Assembly (NCBI GenBank): GCA_002269645.1
Contig: NIVC01001916.1
Coordinates: 62,001 to 126,000, forward strand
DNA length: 64,000 bases
DNA from: Macrostomum lignano
Lineage: Eukaryota
Reading direction: 5' to 3'
Positions 33,084-45,805 of the stretch are shown here, in pieces; position 1 is the first letter of the stretch, and each line of letters starts with the position of its first letter. Made by a program: the position numbers and the translations under genes. The notes beneath the pieces were generated by a model. That model was not told where the DNA came from. It was given only the letters and a program-made list of their open reading frames with translations, and searched no databases.

Positions 33084-36000
33084 AGTGGCCGTGGCCTCTG
33101 CCTGCCTACCGGAGCACCTGTGCAGCCTGGCAGCAGACGCGAACACTCCGTGACCCTGCGGACAGTGGAAGTACCTTCGCCCCTCCACGGATCCGTCATT
33201 TCTGCCCACCGCGTTGTCCAGCTCCACCCCGTACCAAACTCCCGGGGCGAAGTGGCACTCGCCAACGAACCGGACGGTGCCTCGACGTTGGCCGGCTACG
33301 ATCACTCGGTCGCCGAGGGCGAAACTGTGCCGGGTTCGAACCCGGGCCTCCACGCCGCTGACGTCGATTGCGCCGCGATGGACCCGGGTGAAGCCGGACA
33401 CGCGGCTCATGGGGACCAGCACCTGGCCGGGTCGGACACGGGGTCGGACACTTAATTCCTGGACTCTTGATTCCTGATAACCAATTCTCGGACACCATTC
33501 CTGAACACTTCATTCCCGGACTCTCCTTTCCTGGACACTTCATTCTTAGACACTCCATCTTTAAACACTTCATTCCCGGACACTTCATTCCCGGACACTT
33601 CATTCCCGGACACTTCATTCCCGGACACTTCATTCCCGGACGCTTCATTCCTCCAGACATTTAATTCCCGGACAGTGCGGACACTTCATTCCCGGACACT
33701 TCATTCCCAGAATCTTCATTCCCAGACTCTCCATTTCTTCGGACGCTTTATTCCTGGAAATTTAATTCCCGGACATTTAATTCCCGGACACTTAATTCCC
33801 GGACACTTCATTCCTGGACACTTCATTCCTACGGACACTTCATTCCCGGACACTTCATTCCTAGACACTTCATTCCTAGACACTTTATCTTCAGACCCTC
33901 CATTCCCGGACACTCACCCCCGGCCAGCCGGACACTGGAAGTATCTGACTCCGGACACGCAACCGTCGTGTCGGCCAGCCTGCGGCGTCTCGAGTTCAAC
34001 TCCGGCCCAGACGCCTGGCGCGAATTCCACGGGGCCCCAGTAGCGGAGGGTGCCGGGCCGGGACCCAGCAACCAGGACTCGGTCGCCCAAGTTGGAAGGC
34101 GGCTGATCGGCTTGCTGCTGCGGTCTCTGCTGCGGCTGCCGCTGTGACTGCTGCTGCTGCTTCTGCAGTGCAGCCGCCTGATGTGTGATCAGAAGCGATA
34201 ATTAGGATGATTCTTAGGGGATAATTGGGAAGATTCTTAGGTTATAATTAGGAAGATTCTTAGGGAATAATTATGGTGATACTTAGGGGATAATTAGGGA
34301 GATTCTTAGGGGGTAATTAGGAAGATTCTTAGGGGATAATTAAGGGTGATTGCGCCTTAATTTTTGTCCTTATTGTCATTAGGGGACAATTAGGAAGATT
34401 ATTAGGGGATAATTATAGGAAGATTCTTAGGGGATAATTAGGAAGCATCTTAGGGGATAATTAGGAAGCATCTTAGGGGATAATTAGGAAGCATCTTAGG
34501 GGACAATTAGGAAGTTTATTAGGGGATAATTATAGAAAGATTCTTAGGGGATAATTAGGAAGCATCTTAGGGGATAATTAGGAAGCATCTTAGGGGACAA
34601 TTAGGAAGATTCTTAGGGGATAATTAGGGAAATTGTAAGGGGATAATTAGAGAGATACTTGGGGGTTATTTAGAGAGATTCTTAAGGGATAATTAGGGCG
34701 ATTCTTAGAGAACAGTTAGGAAGATTTTTAGGGGATAATTAGGAATATACTTAGAGGATGATTAGGAATATTATTAGGGGACAATTAGGAAGATTCTTAG
34801 GAAATAATTAGGAAGATTCTTAGGCGATGAGTAGGGAGACTCTTAGAGGATAATTGGGGGTAGAATCTTAGGGGATAACAAGGGGATAACTAGGGAGATT
34901 CTTAATACATCCAACTAAACGTGCTTCCCAGTGAAAGAAGAGGAGTGAAAGGCAAAGGCAAGGGAAGTCCAACCTCTTCAAACGCTGACGAAGCCACCGA
35001 AGCGGTTGATGAAGCGGACGACAGCGGAGCTGCAGCCGCGGCAGCCGGCACCGAAGCGGTGGACGAAGCGGACAGCCGAGGCGGTCGCTCAGGCCGACTG
35101 CCAGCCAGTAAAGTGAGCAGTCTCGATCGGATCTCTCGATTCTCAGCCGAAGAGTTCGAGTTGAACAAACCAGAGGTCAGTTGAGGCAGGCAGTCGACGG
35201 GACGCCGGAGCAACTCGTCTGTGGCTGCCAGAGCTGCCTGACCTGCGCTGGAGACCAGCAGGCGGGCGCTGCCTTCGCTCAGGTGTGCAGCGGCCAGGTG
35301 CAGCGGGGTGGCGTCTTCGAACTCGGTGCATCTGATTGTGAAAGAGGGCATGAATTGTTAAAGAGTCGGTTCTGAGTTCGAACTCTATTATGACCGTTTA
35401 CTATGAGTATGTTTGTACTTTAGTCTATGACCGGTTTCTATGAGTATGTTTCTACTTTAGTCTATGACCGGTTCTATGAGTATGTTTGTACTTTAGTCTA
35501 TGACCGGTTTCTATGAGTATGTTTGTACTTTAGTCTATGACCGGTTTACTATGAGTTTGATTGTACTTAGTCTATGAAAGGTTTCTATGAGTTTGTTTGT
35601 ACTTTAGTCTATGGCTGGTTTTTGAGTTTGTACTTTAGTCTATAGCTGTTTTCTGAGTTTATACTTTAGTCTATGGCTGTTTTCTGAGTTTGTATTTTAG
35701 TCTATGGCTGGTTTTTAAGCTTGTACTTTAGTCTATGGCTGGTGTTTGAGTTTGTACTTTAGTCTATGGCTGGTTTTTAAGCTTGTACTTTAGTCTATGG
35801 CTGGTTTCTGAGTTTGTAATTTAGTCTATGGCTGGTTTCTGAGTTTGTAATTTAGTCTATGGCTGGTTCTGAGTTTGTACTTTAGTCTATGGCTGGTTTC
35901 TGAGTTTGTACTTTAGTCTATGGCTGGTTTTTTAGTTTGTACTTTAGTCTATGGCTGTTTTCTAAGTTTGTACTTTAGTCTATGGCTGGTTTTTAAGCTT

Positions 36001-37553
36001 GTACTTTAGTCTATGGCTGGTTTTTGAGTTTGTACTTTAGTCTATGGCTGGTTTTTAAGCTTGTACTTTAGTCTATGGCTGGTTTCTGAGTTTGTAATTT
36101 AGTCTATGGCTGGTTTCTGAGTTTGTAATTTAGTCTATGGCTGGTTTCTGAGTTTGTAATTTAGTCTATGGCTGGTTTCTGAGTTTGTAATTTAGTCTAT
36201 GGCTGGTTTCTGAGTTTGTAATTTAGTCTATGGCTGGTTTCTGAGATTGTACTTTAGTCTATGGAGGTTGCCAAAGTGACCCCCACTAACCTAGCCAATG
36301 GATCAGCCCCGGCCTCTAGCAGAACTTCCACCGCCTCTTGACAGTTGAACATTGTCGCCAGGTGCAACGGGGTTACGTCTGTCCACCGACTGCGCGCCTC
36401 AGGCTGAGCCCCAGCCAAGAGAAGTCCGCGCATGGCGTTGGCCGCCGCGGAGGGACTCGCCAACGCACCGCATTTTGCCGCAAAATGAAGCTGAGCAAAG
36501 TCGGTCACCTTGATGCGGTGGCAATACAGGAAGTCAGTCTTCCTTTAAGGCGGCCGAACTATTTATAGATTTTGTTGCCAGTGGTGATTTCAGTGGGGTG
36601 CCAGGGGATTTCAGTGGGGTGTCAGGGGGTTTCAGTGGGGTGTCAGGGGGTTTCAGTGGGGTTTCAGTGGGGTGTCAGGAGGTTTCAGTGGGGTGTCAGG
36701 GGGTTTCAGTGGGGTGTCAGGGGGTTTCAATGGAGTGTCAGGGGGTTTCAATGGAGTGTCAGGGGTTTTAATGGAGTGCCAGGATGTTTCAGTGGGGTGT
36801 TAGGGGATTTCAGTGGGGTGTCAGGAGATTTCAATAGGTGTCAGGGGGTTTCAATGGAGTGCCAGGAGGTTTCAGTGCGGTGTTAGGGGATTTCAGTGGG
36901 GTGTTAGGGCATTTCAGTGGTGTTAGGGGATTTCAGTGGGTGTCAGGTGATTTCAGTGGGGTGTCAGGAGATTTTTTCAGTGGGGTATCAGGGGTGATTT
37001 CGGTGGGGTGTCAGGGGTTTAAATGGAGTGTCAGGAGGTTTCAGTGGGGTGTCAGGGGTGATTTCGGTGGGGTGTCAGGGGGTTTAAATGGAGTGTCAGG
37101 AGGTTTCATTGGGGTGTCAGGGGTGATTTCAGTGGGGTGCCAGGGGATTTCAGTGGGGTGTCAGGGGGTTTCAGTGGGTGTCAGGGGAGTAAGAAAATAC
37201 ACTGGGGTATCAGTTAGAAAAATTGAAATTATGTCAACAAGAAAGCCAGTAAAAGTACACGCTTTTCAACACAGACAAAAGCACTAAAAAGTAAGATAAA
37301 CAATATCAAATCATCGACTCACTTGATCACGATCGTTTGGTCCAACGCCTAGCTCAGCCAGACGGTCAACTATCTCAGGCAGCAGCTGCTGGGCAGGTCG
37401 GGTCCATTGGCGAATCAGGGCGAATAGCTGATTAGGAGTTGCCACCTCCAGCTGCTGGGAGCAGCCTGAGCACTGCAGATCGAATAGCTCCGCTCCAAGG
37501 GACTGGCATCTTGAGCAGAGGGGTGCCAGAACACTCTCATAGATTTGGAACTC
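32431..37553 (-). CDS. CLIP4: CLIP3/CLIP4 (CLIPR-59/RSNL2)-like protein: ankyrin repeats plus three CAP-Gly domains; first exon not found
   Basis: Exons 37553-37323, 36508-36291, 35331 to about 34974, 34177-33918, about 33422-32970 and 32670-32431. NDRDQVTDFAQLHFAAKCGA..RSRWTDVTPLHLA matches the CLIP3/4 ankyrin region, and there are three GTVRF.G..FA.GVW.GVEL....G.NDG...G.RYF.C CAP-Gly motifs. CLIP3 versus CLIP4 cannot be distinguished. The 33918/33422 junction needs either an alternative acceptor or a 1-bp homopolymer correction. Confidence 0.88.
33455..33915. repeat. 15-bp minisatellite (CCGGACACTTCATTC), CLIP intron
   Basis: Tandem periodicity. Confidence 0.93.
34200..34900. repeat. About 23-bp degenerate minisatellite (TTAGGGGATAATTAGGAAGATTC), CLIP intron
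   Basis: Tandem periodicity. Confidence 0.92.
35390..36262. repeat. About 31-bp minisatellite (TAGTCTATGGCTGGTTTCTGAGTTTGTACTT), CLIP intron; mirrored at about 48466-49338
   Basis: Tandem periodicity. Confidence 0.94.
36585..37195. repeat. GGGGTGTCAG/GTTTCAGT compound minisatellite, CLIP intron; mirrored at about 47533-48143
   Basis: Tandem periodicity. Confidence 0.93.
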
Positions 37554-38922
37554 CTGGGAATGAGGCATGCAATGAAAAAATGATCGTGAATAATGGTATT
37601 ATGAAAAAGAAATATCACAATCAATGAATCTTTATGAGAATGAAAAATGTGGAAAACATTTATCTAAATCTTATCAAAACTAGAATTGAAATTAAAGCTA
37701 GACTTTAATTAAGTAGAATAGTTAAGATAGCTTTTAGCTTTATTATAAGTTATAGACCCTGAATTACAGATTTATTAGGATTTAGGCCTATAGATTAAAA
37801 CTTTTTTGTTTATCTACGAATAATATTCAGAATGTAGAATGTTTGCATGAATAAAGTACCTACATAAATAGAGTAACAAATAAAAAAATAACTAGTATTG
37901 TTTATTCCCTAAATATTTATGTACTGACTTATTAGTTAAATAAAAATATTTATAACATCCTTATTATGCTATAAGTATAAGTATAATCTAGTCTTAGACG
38001 TGGCTATAGGCCAAGGCTTAAACAAACAGAGCTTATTTAATCAATAAATATTCATATTCATATGAGCTAAATATAATTATTTTCAATAATTTCAGTATTA
38101 TCATTATTTTAATAAATGCCTAAATGGATCCGATACTGCCAAGTGCAAGCAATGGGATTTTGAAAATGAATTCCTACAAGCAGCAACTGAGTAATACTAA
38201 TATGGTGATAGGATAGTTAGGCTGTAGCAGTCGGGAGTAGACATTTCTCTATTTTTTTCTCTAGACATTTCTCGACATTTCTCTATTTTTTCGTTTTATT
38301 TGTCTTCATATTACAAATATCACTAAACACTAGGCATTGGAGTCAGTAGATTGATTAGAAAACAAACAAAAATCACTATTGTGTCTATGTCTAAGCAGCA
38401 GCTTAGCAGTTATTCGTTAACCCAAAAAAAAACCATGCCTACGAAAAAAATTATTTCATGACTATTAGTTAAAAATAGAAGTAACAACAACAAGGCAGAA
38501 TAGTAAAAAATTTATTAATTTTTACTAAAAAAAACTAATGTACAGTTTTTTAATATTACTAACATATATACGTTGTCTTTTAGCAAATTTAAAGCATTTT
38601 ACAGCACATTTGATTTACTGTTTTATTTATTAAAAATTTTAATTACAAACTTTCTTGCCAAAGTAGTGCACTGCTTCTTATAAGTAGTATTTGACAACGA
38701 TAAATTTACTAATTATTATTATTCCTCTATTCGTCCGAAAAAGTTCAGCTTTGACAAAAATTGAAAAAGTATTTGCTTTCTACAAATCATGGCTTTTATT
38801 AACTGTTTTTATTCAAGACAAAAATTATAACCTTAACGCTCTAAAAAAATTTTGGATTTGCAAACTTTCCTACTGATAGTAGAAATATCAACATTTTCTT
38901 CTATTTTGGTTGTACTGCTAGA

Positions 38923-38992
38923 TTTCTAGAAATTTCTTGAATCAATTAAATGACACAATTTCGAGAAATTTCCCCCGGGCAGTCTTTATAAA
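38923..38992 (+). promoter_or_regulatory. Heat-shock promoter: 4-unit HSE, 3-unit HSE and TATA box
   Basis: tTTCtaGAAatTTCttGAAt (38923-38942), tTTCgaGAAatTTCc (38959-38973) and TATAAA (38987-38992), about 115 bp upstream of the sHSP ATG. Confidence 0.92.
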
Positions 38993-39107
38993 CAAGACAG
39001 GCTGCTTCTCGAACAGACAAGCTCCTAAATCAAGAAAGCGAGAGCAAAACACAAGCAAAAGCAAAGCAAGCAAACCAAACAAACCAGCAGACATTCTACA
39101 AGCGACA

Positions 39108-39905
39108 ATGTCGCTCTGGATCTCCCCCACGAACGTGTTCACGCCGTTCTCGCACGCGCTGCCGCTTGTGACAGCCATGAGCGAGCTGGACGACTGGCTG
39201 ACGCCTGAGTACGACCCGCTGGTGCACCTGTGGTGTCATCGAGGTCCGAAGCGACCGCGCCACTGGTCCCGGACTGTCGACCTTCGCGGCTTCTCGCCCA
39301 AGGACGTGTCGGTGAAGCGACAGGACCGAAAGGTGCGCGTCGTGGCTCGACTCGAGAACGGCGACGACGTGACGGAGGTGAAGCGGACGGTGGACCTGCC
39401 CGAGGAGGTGGACGCTGAGAAGCTGAGCAGCGGCTTCACCCAGGACGGCATGCTGGTGCTGAAGGCGCCGTTCAAGGAGCAGCAGCTGCAGCAGCGACAG
39501 GGTGACTCGGTGTGGGACGAGCTGCGCGGCCTGCTGCGAGGCGACCTGCAGTCCGGCCAGCTGGTGGAGGCCGACGACGGCACCAAGCGGTTCAAGGCGG
39601 AGCTGTCGGTGCGCGAGTTCAAGCCGGACGAGATTCGCATCCAGCAGCAGGGCGACCGCGTCCGAGTCGAGGCTGAGCACAAGGACGAGTCGAACGGGCA
39701 GCGGATCCACAAGCGGCTGGAGAGAGAGTTCCAGCTGCCCGCCGGCACCAAGCTGGATCAGGTGGCCAGCAAGCTCAGCCAGGACGGCCGGCTGTGCATC
39801 GAGGCGCCGTTCGAGGCTCCGCCAGCCAAGCAGCCACCGCAGATCAAGGACGTTCCCATGGAGATCGAGAACGCCGATGATCAGAGCAGGGCGATGGGCT
39901 GCTGA
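39108..39905 (+). CDS. Small heat-shock protein with two tandem alpha-crystallin domains (flatworm p40/Tsp36-like), 265 aa, intronless
   Basis: Two ACDs (VDLRGFSPKDVSV..KRTVDLPEEVDAEKLSSGFTQDGMLVLKAP; LSVREFKPDEIRI..REFQLPAGTKLDQVASKLSQDGRLCIEAP); upstream HSEs. Confidence 0.95.
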   Translation: MSLWISPTNVFTPFSHALPLVTAMSELDDWLTPEYDPLVHLWCHRGPKRPRHWSRTVDLRGFSPKDVSVKRQDRKVRVVARLENGDDVTEVKRTVDLPEEVDAEKLSSGFTQDGMLVLKAPFKEQQLQQRQGDSVWDELRGLLRGDLQSGQLVEADDGTKRFKAELSVREFKPDEIRIQQQGDRVRVEAEHKDESNGQRIHKRLEREFQLPAGTKLDQVASKLSQDGRLCIEAPFEAPPAKQPPQIKDVPMEIENADDQSRAMGC

Positions 39906-42900
39906 CAATTGCTCCAAGAATTGTTTTGTTTGTTTTCAAGATTGGTTAAACTTTTGACACGGGTTCTTGTACGTCAGTCACTTTCAGGCAGTACTAATTG
40001 TTAGCTCTTTAGGCCTGAGTACACTTAATGCGGCTTACTCAAGTTAAGCGTACAACTCATTAATTATAGTTTACACGAATTGACATTCGTTTATCTTTTG
40101 ACTCTTTCATCATGCTTTTAAACAATTTTTTGAACTATTGAACTTTTTGAACTAGGAAAAAAGTAGTAGCACGTCCTCTTTCTGCATGCCACATGTACAT
40201 GTCATGTATTTCACTTCCTCTCATGCTGATACTTTTCAATACTCTCAAATATACAGTCAAAAATTTATAGTTTAACAGTTTTTTCCGTTATTCAATCTGA
40301 CGTTTGGTGAATTACTAAAATGGCGTCTCTGACTGCAGTTGAGAAAGTTTCTAGTAAGCTGTAATTTTACGTTAGGGAAAACACCATTACAATAGAAAAG
40401 GTGATTGAGCAAAACTTTGTCACATAGAACAAACATAGACATAGTCAAACGATGGAGCAATAGGCTTGTACTTTTACCATAGATCATGTGTCGGCAAAGT
40501 TTTTTATCTGAAGGGCCAGATATACATGTAGACTTTAGCGCATAACTTTGGGCCGGAGAGAGGAGAGAAAAAAGAGAATGAATAGAGGAGAAAAGAGAAG
40601 ATGGAAGAGAGAGGACAGATGAGAGAGAAGAATGGAGAGGAGAGCAGAGAGGGGAGATGAGGAGAGATAGGAAGGGAGAGACGCAATTGACGAGCAGAGG
40701 GGAGATCAGGAGAAAGTGGAGAGAAGGAGAGAGAGAGGGGAGAGAATAGCAAAGAGATCGAGGTGAGATTAGGGGAGAGGAGAAAATAATAGAGATTAGA
40801 GAAAAGACAAAGAGCGGGCGGATTGTGCAGTTGTGAGCAGTAGCCATCATAGGAAGAGACTACTGTTGTGAGCCCCGTCCTCCGGAGCGACGCCTACAGC
40901 TGAACCCTGTTGGGAAGCTGCGACCCCTAGGTCCCCAGTTAGAGCTCCCGTCCCGCGCCCTGAGGAGAAGCAGGAAAAAGGTCAGAAAAGAACTCACGAG
41001 CTTCCGTGCAAAACCGATGCAGTTCGCACTTGTGATGGTAGACAAGAAGTTTGTCTGTCTGTCTATGGCGAATCTGATATATTGAACTTAATGTTTCAAT
41101 CTCTATGGCGAATCTGATATATTGAACTTAATGTTTCAATCTCTATGGCGAATCTGATATATCGATCTGAATACTTCAGTGTCTTTTTTGGCCATTGTTT
41201 AACGATGCAACATACTAGACAATCTATCATTTGCTGAGATGCTGATGCTCAAGGAGGAGTTGCTGAGATGCCAAGCGTCAAGTGGGCATGGGCTTTTATG
41301 CGGAGGCTCAAAGGGGAAGTTGAGGATACTCATATCTTAGAGTATTTGCTTTAAACATCTTTCCTTTACACAAGCTAACAATATAGTGATCGTCAGGGAC
41401 TACTCAAACATCGAGACGGGAAACTAGGCAAATCATGGCGAAGTTTTTACGAGGCTGGTTAAATCTATGGCCGCGCCAATGCAGCAGTAGCTATTTCAAT
41501 ATTTCAATAAATCTTCAATAAATTTTATATTTTATTATATCTGTGAATTTTAATATTCAGGTGCTTTTATAACTGTGTACATTTACTTGAAAGTTTATTG
41601 GAAAAATAGTTCATAAAACATATAAGGTAACATTGAGGGCTATTTGTAAGGGGTGAATAGTGAACATGGAACAGACGAACAATAAAAAGTTAACTCACAC
41701 AGAGGATGTGAGCATTAAAATATGTGAAGTTTGAACATATATATATACAGACGGGAAAATGAACAGATGCGAAAAAATATTTAACAGATTTAAGCATTGA
41801 ATAGTCGGGAATACTCAGTAGATGTGAACTTGTTCGGCAGGGCTCTCGTTTGAGAGTAGGTTCTGGTTTAGGCCAGGGGTTAGGAGTCTTCTCCGTGGTC
41901 GTGTTCGGTTCCTTTTCCTCTTCTTCTCAGCTGAGATCTGCTTGCCAGTTGCGTAATCTAATTATTATTATTAACTGTTATTGTCGTTTTGTCAACTCTA
42001 GTTATCTGCGCCGCTTTGAATTTAAATATTGTAACTTGAAGTAATCAAATTAAATCGTCTAGCCAATTATCAGTTTGTATCACATAGGATTATCACTCTC
42101 TAAATCTTTCGGTTTGTGTTCCCTCGTGTTCTTTCTTTTCTTGTACTGTACCTGCGGCTATTGGAGAAGACTGGTAGGACTCGCCGACCGGCGATAGGCA
42201 ATTAGGATTAATAGCTTTAAAATCTTCGAACGCTCCAAGTAGGTTTGTCTAGGGCCTAATTAATTGCTCACCGTGCATGCTATTTATCTAATTGCCTTAT
42301 TTTATCACATCCGATTAGTGGGGGCTCTGCGCCCACACCCCCGCAAGGGAGCTGCGCTCCCTTGACCCTGCTCCCTGCCGAGCCAATATCTATGGCACGA
42401 AGACACTGCAGCGTTACTTAATGGCGTGGCTTAATGGCGTTACATAATGATCAACCGTAAACGCTAGTCTATATGATAATGCGATTATGTCTATGCTTTC
42501 AAACTTGGATAATGGTCACAGTCACGAGTGGCGAAGTCACGAGTGACTGCTGATCATTATTTAATTCTGAAATCACAGACTTAATCTAACATTATTTTAT
42601 AGCAGTTTCGGCAGAGTTTCTGGCAGACGCGTAGGACAAGCTCGATTTTGCCAAGAAAGTGCAGCGTTGTTGGCTGCAAGTCAAATTACGAGTCCGAACG
42701 ATTAGCTACGAAAGTCCATCTGTTTCCGAAGGACTCGGTTGAGCGAGAGCGATGGAAAAGGCCCTGCCGAACGAAGAGCAACAAGCACATTCTTTAAGGG
42801 ACTTGTCCGGAGATCATCGAAGGTGGCTCCATCATCCGTCACCTTTCAAGAGAGAAAGACAAAAAAACTTAGAAGTGCGTGACATTGCGGAACAGACAAG

Positions 42901-44823
42901 TTCACATCTACTGAGTATTCCCGACTATTCAATGCTTAAATCTGTTAAATATTTTTTCGCATCTGTTCATTTTCCCGTCTGTATATATATATGTTCAAAC
43001 TTCACATATTTTAATGCTCACATCCTCTGTGTGAGTTAACTTTTTATTGTTCGTCTGTTCCATGTTCACTATTCACCCCTTACAAATAGCCCTCAATGTT
43101 ACCTTATATGTTTTATGAACTATTTTTCCAATAAACTTTCAAGTAAATGTACACAGTTATAAAAGCACCTGAATATTAAAATTCACAGATATAATAAAAT
43201 ATAAAATTTATTGAAGATTTATTGAAATATTGAAATAGCTACTGCTGCATTGGCGCGGCCATAGATTTAACCAGCCTCGTAAAAACTTCGCCATGATTTG
43301 CCTAGTTTCCCGTCTCGATGTTTGAGTAGTCCCTGACGATCACTATATTGTTAGCTTGTGTAAAGGAAAGATGTTTAAAGCAAATACTCTAAGATATGAG
43401 TATCCTCAACTTCCCCTTTGAGCCTCCGCATAAAAGCCCATGCCCACTTGACGCTTGGCATCTCAGCAACTCCTCCTTGAGCATCAGCATCTCAGCAAAT
43501 GATAGATTGTCTAGTATGTTGCATCGTTAAACAATGGCCAAAAAAGACACTGAAGTATTCAGATCGATATATCAGATTCGCCATAGAGATTGAAACATTA
43601 AGTTCAATATATCAGATTCGCCATAGAGATTGAAACATTAAGTTCAATATATCAGATTCGCCATAGACAGACAGACAAACTTCTTGTCTACCATCACAAG
43701 TGCGAACTGCATCGGTTTTGCACGGAAGCTCGTGAGTTCTTTTCTGACCTTTTTCCTGCTTCTCCTCAGGGCGCGGGACGGGAGCTCTAACTGGGGACCT
43801 AGGGGTCGCAGCTTCCCAACAGGGTTCAGCTGTAGGCGTCGCTCCGGAGGACGGGGCTCACAACAGTAGTCTCTTCCTATGATGGCTACTGCTCACAACT
43901 GCACAATCCGCCCGCTCTTTGTCTTTTCTCTAATCTCTATTATTTTCTCCTCTCCCCTAATCTCACCTCGATCTCTTTGCTATTCTCTCCCCTCTCTCTC
44001 TCCTTCTCTCCACTTTCTCCTGATCTCCCCTCTGCTCGTCAATTGCGTCTCTCCCTTCCTATCTCTCCTCATCTCCCCTCTCTGCTCTCCTCTCCATTCT
44101 TCTCTCTCATCTGTCCTCTCTCTTCCATCTTCTCTTTTCTCCTCTATTCATTCTCTTTTTTCTCTCCTCTCTCCGGCCCAAAGTTATGCGCTAAAGTCTA
44201 CATGTATATCTGGCCCTTCAGATAAAAAACTTTGCCGACACATGATCTATGGTAAAAGTACAAGCCTATTGCTCCATCGTTTGACTATGTCTATGTTTGT
44301 TCTATGTGACAAAGTTTTGCTCAATCACCTTTTCTATTGTAATGGTGTTTTCCCTAACGTAAAATTACAGCTTACTAGAAACTTTCTCAACTGCAGTCAG
44401 AGACGCCATTTTAGTAATTCACCAAACGTCAGATTGAATAACGGAAAAAACTGTTAAACTATAAATTTTTGACTGTATATTTGAGAGTATTGAAAAGTAT
44501 CAGCATGAGAGGAAGTGAAATACATGACATGTACATGTGGCATGCAGAAAGAGGACGTGCTACTACTTTTTTCCTAGTTCAAAAAGTTCAATAGTTCAAA
44601 AAATTGTTTAAAAGCATGATGAAAGAGTCAAAAGATAAACGAATGTCAATTCGTGTAAACTATAATTAATGAGTTGTACGCTTAACTTGAGTAAGCCGCA
44701 TTAAGTGTACTCAGGCCTAAAGAGCTAACAATTAGTACTGCCTGAAAGTGACTGACGTACAAGAACCCGTGTCAAAAGTTTAACCAATCTTGAAAACAAA
44801 CAAAACAATTCTTGGAGCAATTG

Positions 44824-45621
44824 TCAGCAGCCCATCGCCCTGCTCTGATCATCGGCGTTCTCGATCTCCATGGGAACGTCCTTGATCTGCGGTGGCTGCT
44901 TGGCTGGCGGAGCCTCGAACGGCGCCTCGATGCACAGCCGGCCGTCCTGGCTGAGCTTGCTGGCCACCTGATCCAGCTTGGTGCCGGCGGGCAGCTGGAA
45001 CTCTCTCTCCAGCCGCTTGTGGATCCGCTGCCCGTTCGACTCGTCCTTGTGCTCAGCCTCGACTCGGACGCGGTCGCCCTGCTGCTGGATGCGAATCTCG
45101 TCCGGCTTGAACTCGCGCACCGACAGCTCCGCCTTGAACCGCTTGGTGCCGTCGTCGGCCTCCACCAGCTGGCCGGACTGCAGGTCGCCTCGCAGCAGGC
45201 CGCGCAGCTCGTCCCACACCGAGTCACCCTGTCGCTGCTGCAGCTGCTGCTCCTTGAACGGCGCCTTCAGCACCAGCATGCCGTCCTGGGTGAAGCCGCT
45301 GCTCAGCTTCTCAGCGTCCACCTCCTCGGGCAGGTCCACCGTCCGCTTCACCTCCGTCACGTCGTCGCCGTTCTCGAGTCGAGCCACGACGCGCACCTTT
45401 CGGTCCTGTCGCTTCACCGACACGTCCTTGGGCGAGAAGCCGCGAAGGTCGACAGTCCGGGACCAGTGGCGCGGTCGCTTCGGACCTCGATGACACCACA
45501 GGTGCACCAGCGGGTCGTACTCAGGCGTCAGCCAGTCGTCCAGCTCGCTCATGGCTGTCACAAGCGGCAGCGCGTGCGAGAACGGCGTGAACACGTTCGT
45601 GGGGGAGATCCAGAGCGACAT
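44824..45621 (-). CDS. Second, protein-identical copy of the double-ACD small heat-shock protein (265 aa)
   Basis: The ORF-track translation is identical to that of 39108-39905. Confidence 0.95.
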   Translation of the reverse strand: MSLWISPTNVFTPFSHALPLVTAMSELDDWLTPEYDPLVHLWCHRGPKRPRHWSRTVDLRGFSPKDVSVKRQDRKVRVVARLENGDDVTEVKRTVDLPEEVDAEKLSSGFTQDGMLVLKAPFKEQQLQQRQGDSVWDELRGLLRGDLQSGQLVEADDGTKRFKAELSVREFKPDEIRIQQQGDRVRVEAEHKDESNGQRIHKRLEREFQLPAGTKLDQVASKLSQDGRLCIEAPFEAPPAKQPPQIKDVPMEIENADDQSRAMGC

Positions 45622-45736
45622 TGTCGCTTGTAGAATGTCTGCTGGTTTGTTTGGTTTGCTTGCTTTGCTTTTGCTTGTGTTTTGCTCTCGCTTTCTTGAT
45701 TTAGGAGCTTGTCTGTTCGAGAAGCAGCCTGTCTTG

Positions 45737-45805
45737 TTTATAAAGACTGCCCGGGGAAATTTCTCGAAATTGTGTCATTTAATTGATTCAAGAAATTTCT
45801 AGAAA
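45737..45805 (-). promoter_or_regulatory. Mirrored HSE + TATA promoter of the second sHSP copy
   Basis: TTCaaGAAatTTCtaGAA at 45786-45805; TATAAA on the minus strand at 45737-45742. Confidence 0.9.

Larger units (their letters stand above)
35161..41833 (+). repeat. Left arm (6673 bp) of giant inverted repeat
   Basis: Reverse complement of 42896-49567; mirrored ORF coordinates sum to 84728 or 84729. Confidence 0.98.

Noticed and set aside
38937-39107. 57-aa N-terminal extension of the left sHSP (322-aa ORF)
   Set aside because: It starts at TTG inside the HSE, runs through the TATA box, and is in frame only because of the extra C that is absent from the right copy.
39096-39957. Antisense and alternative-frame ORFs over the sHSP (and mirrors at 44772-45633)
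   Set aside because: They are shadow ORFs caused by the high GC3 of the real gene.
40272-40850. Leu/Ser-rich 192-aa ORF (mirror at 43879-44457)
   Set aside because: It is a translation of a GA/CT low-complexity tract.
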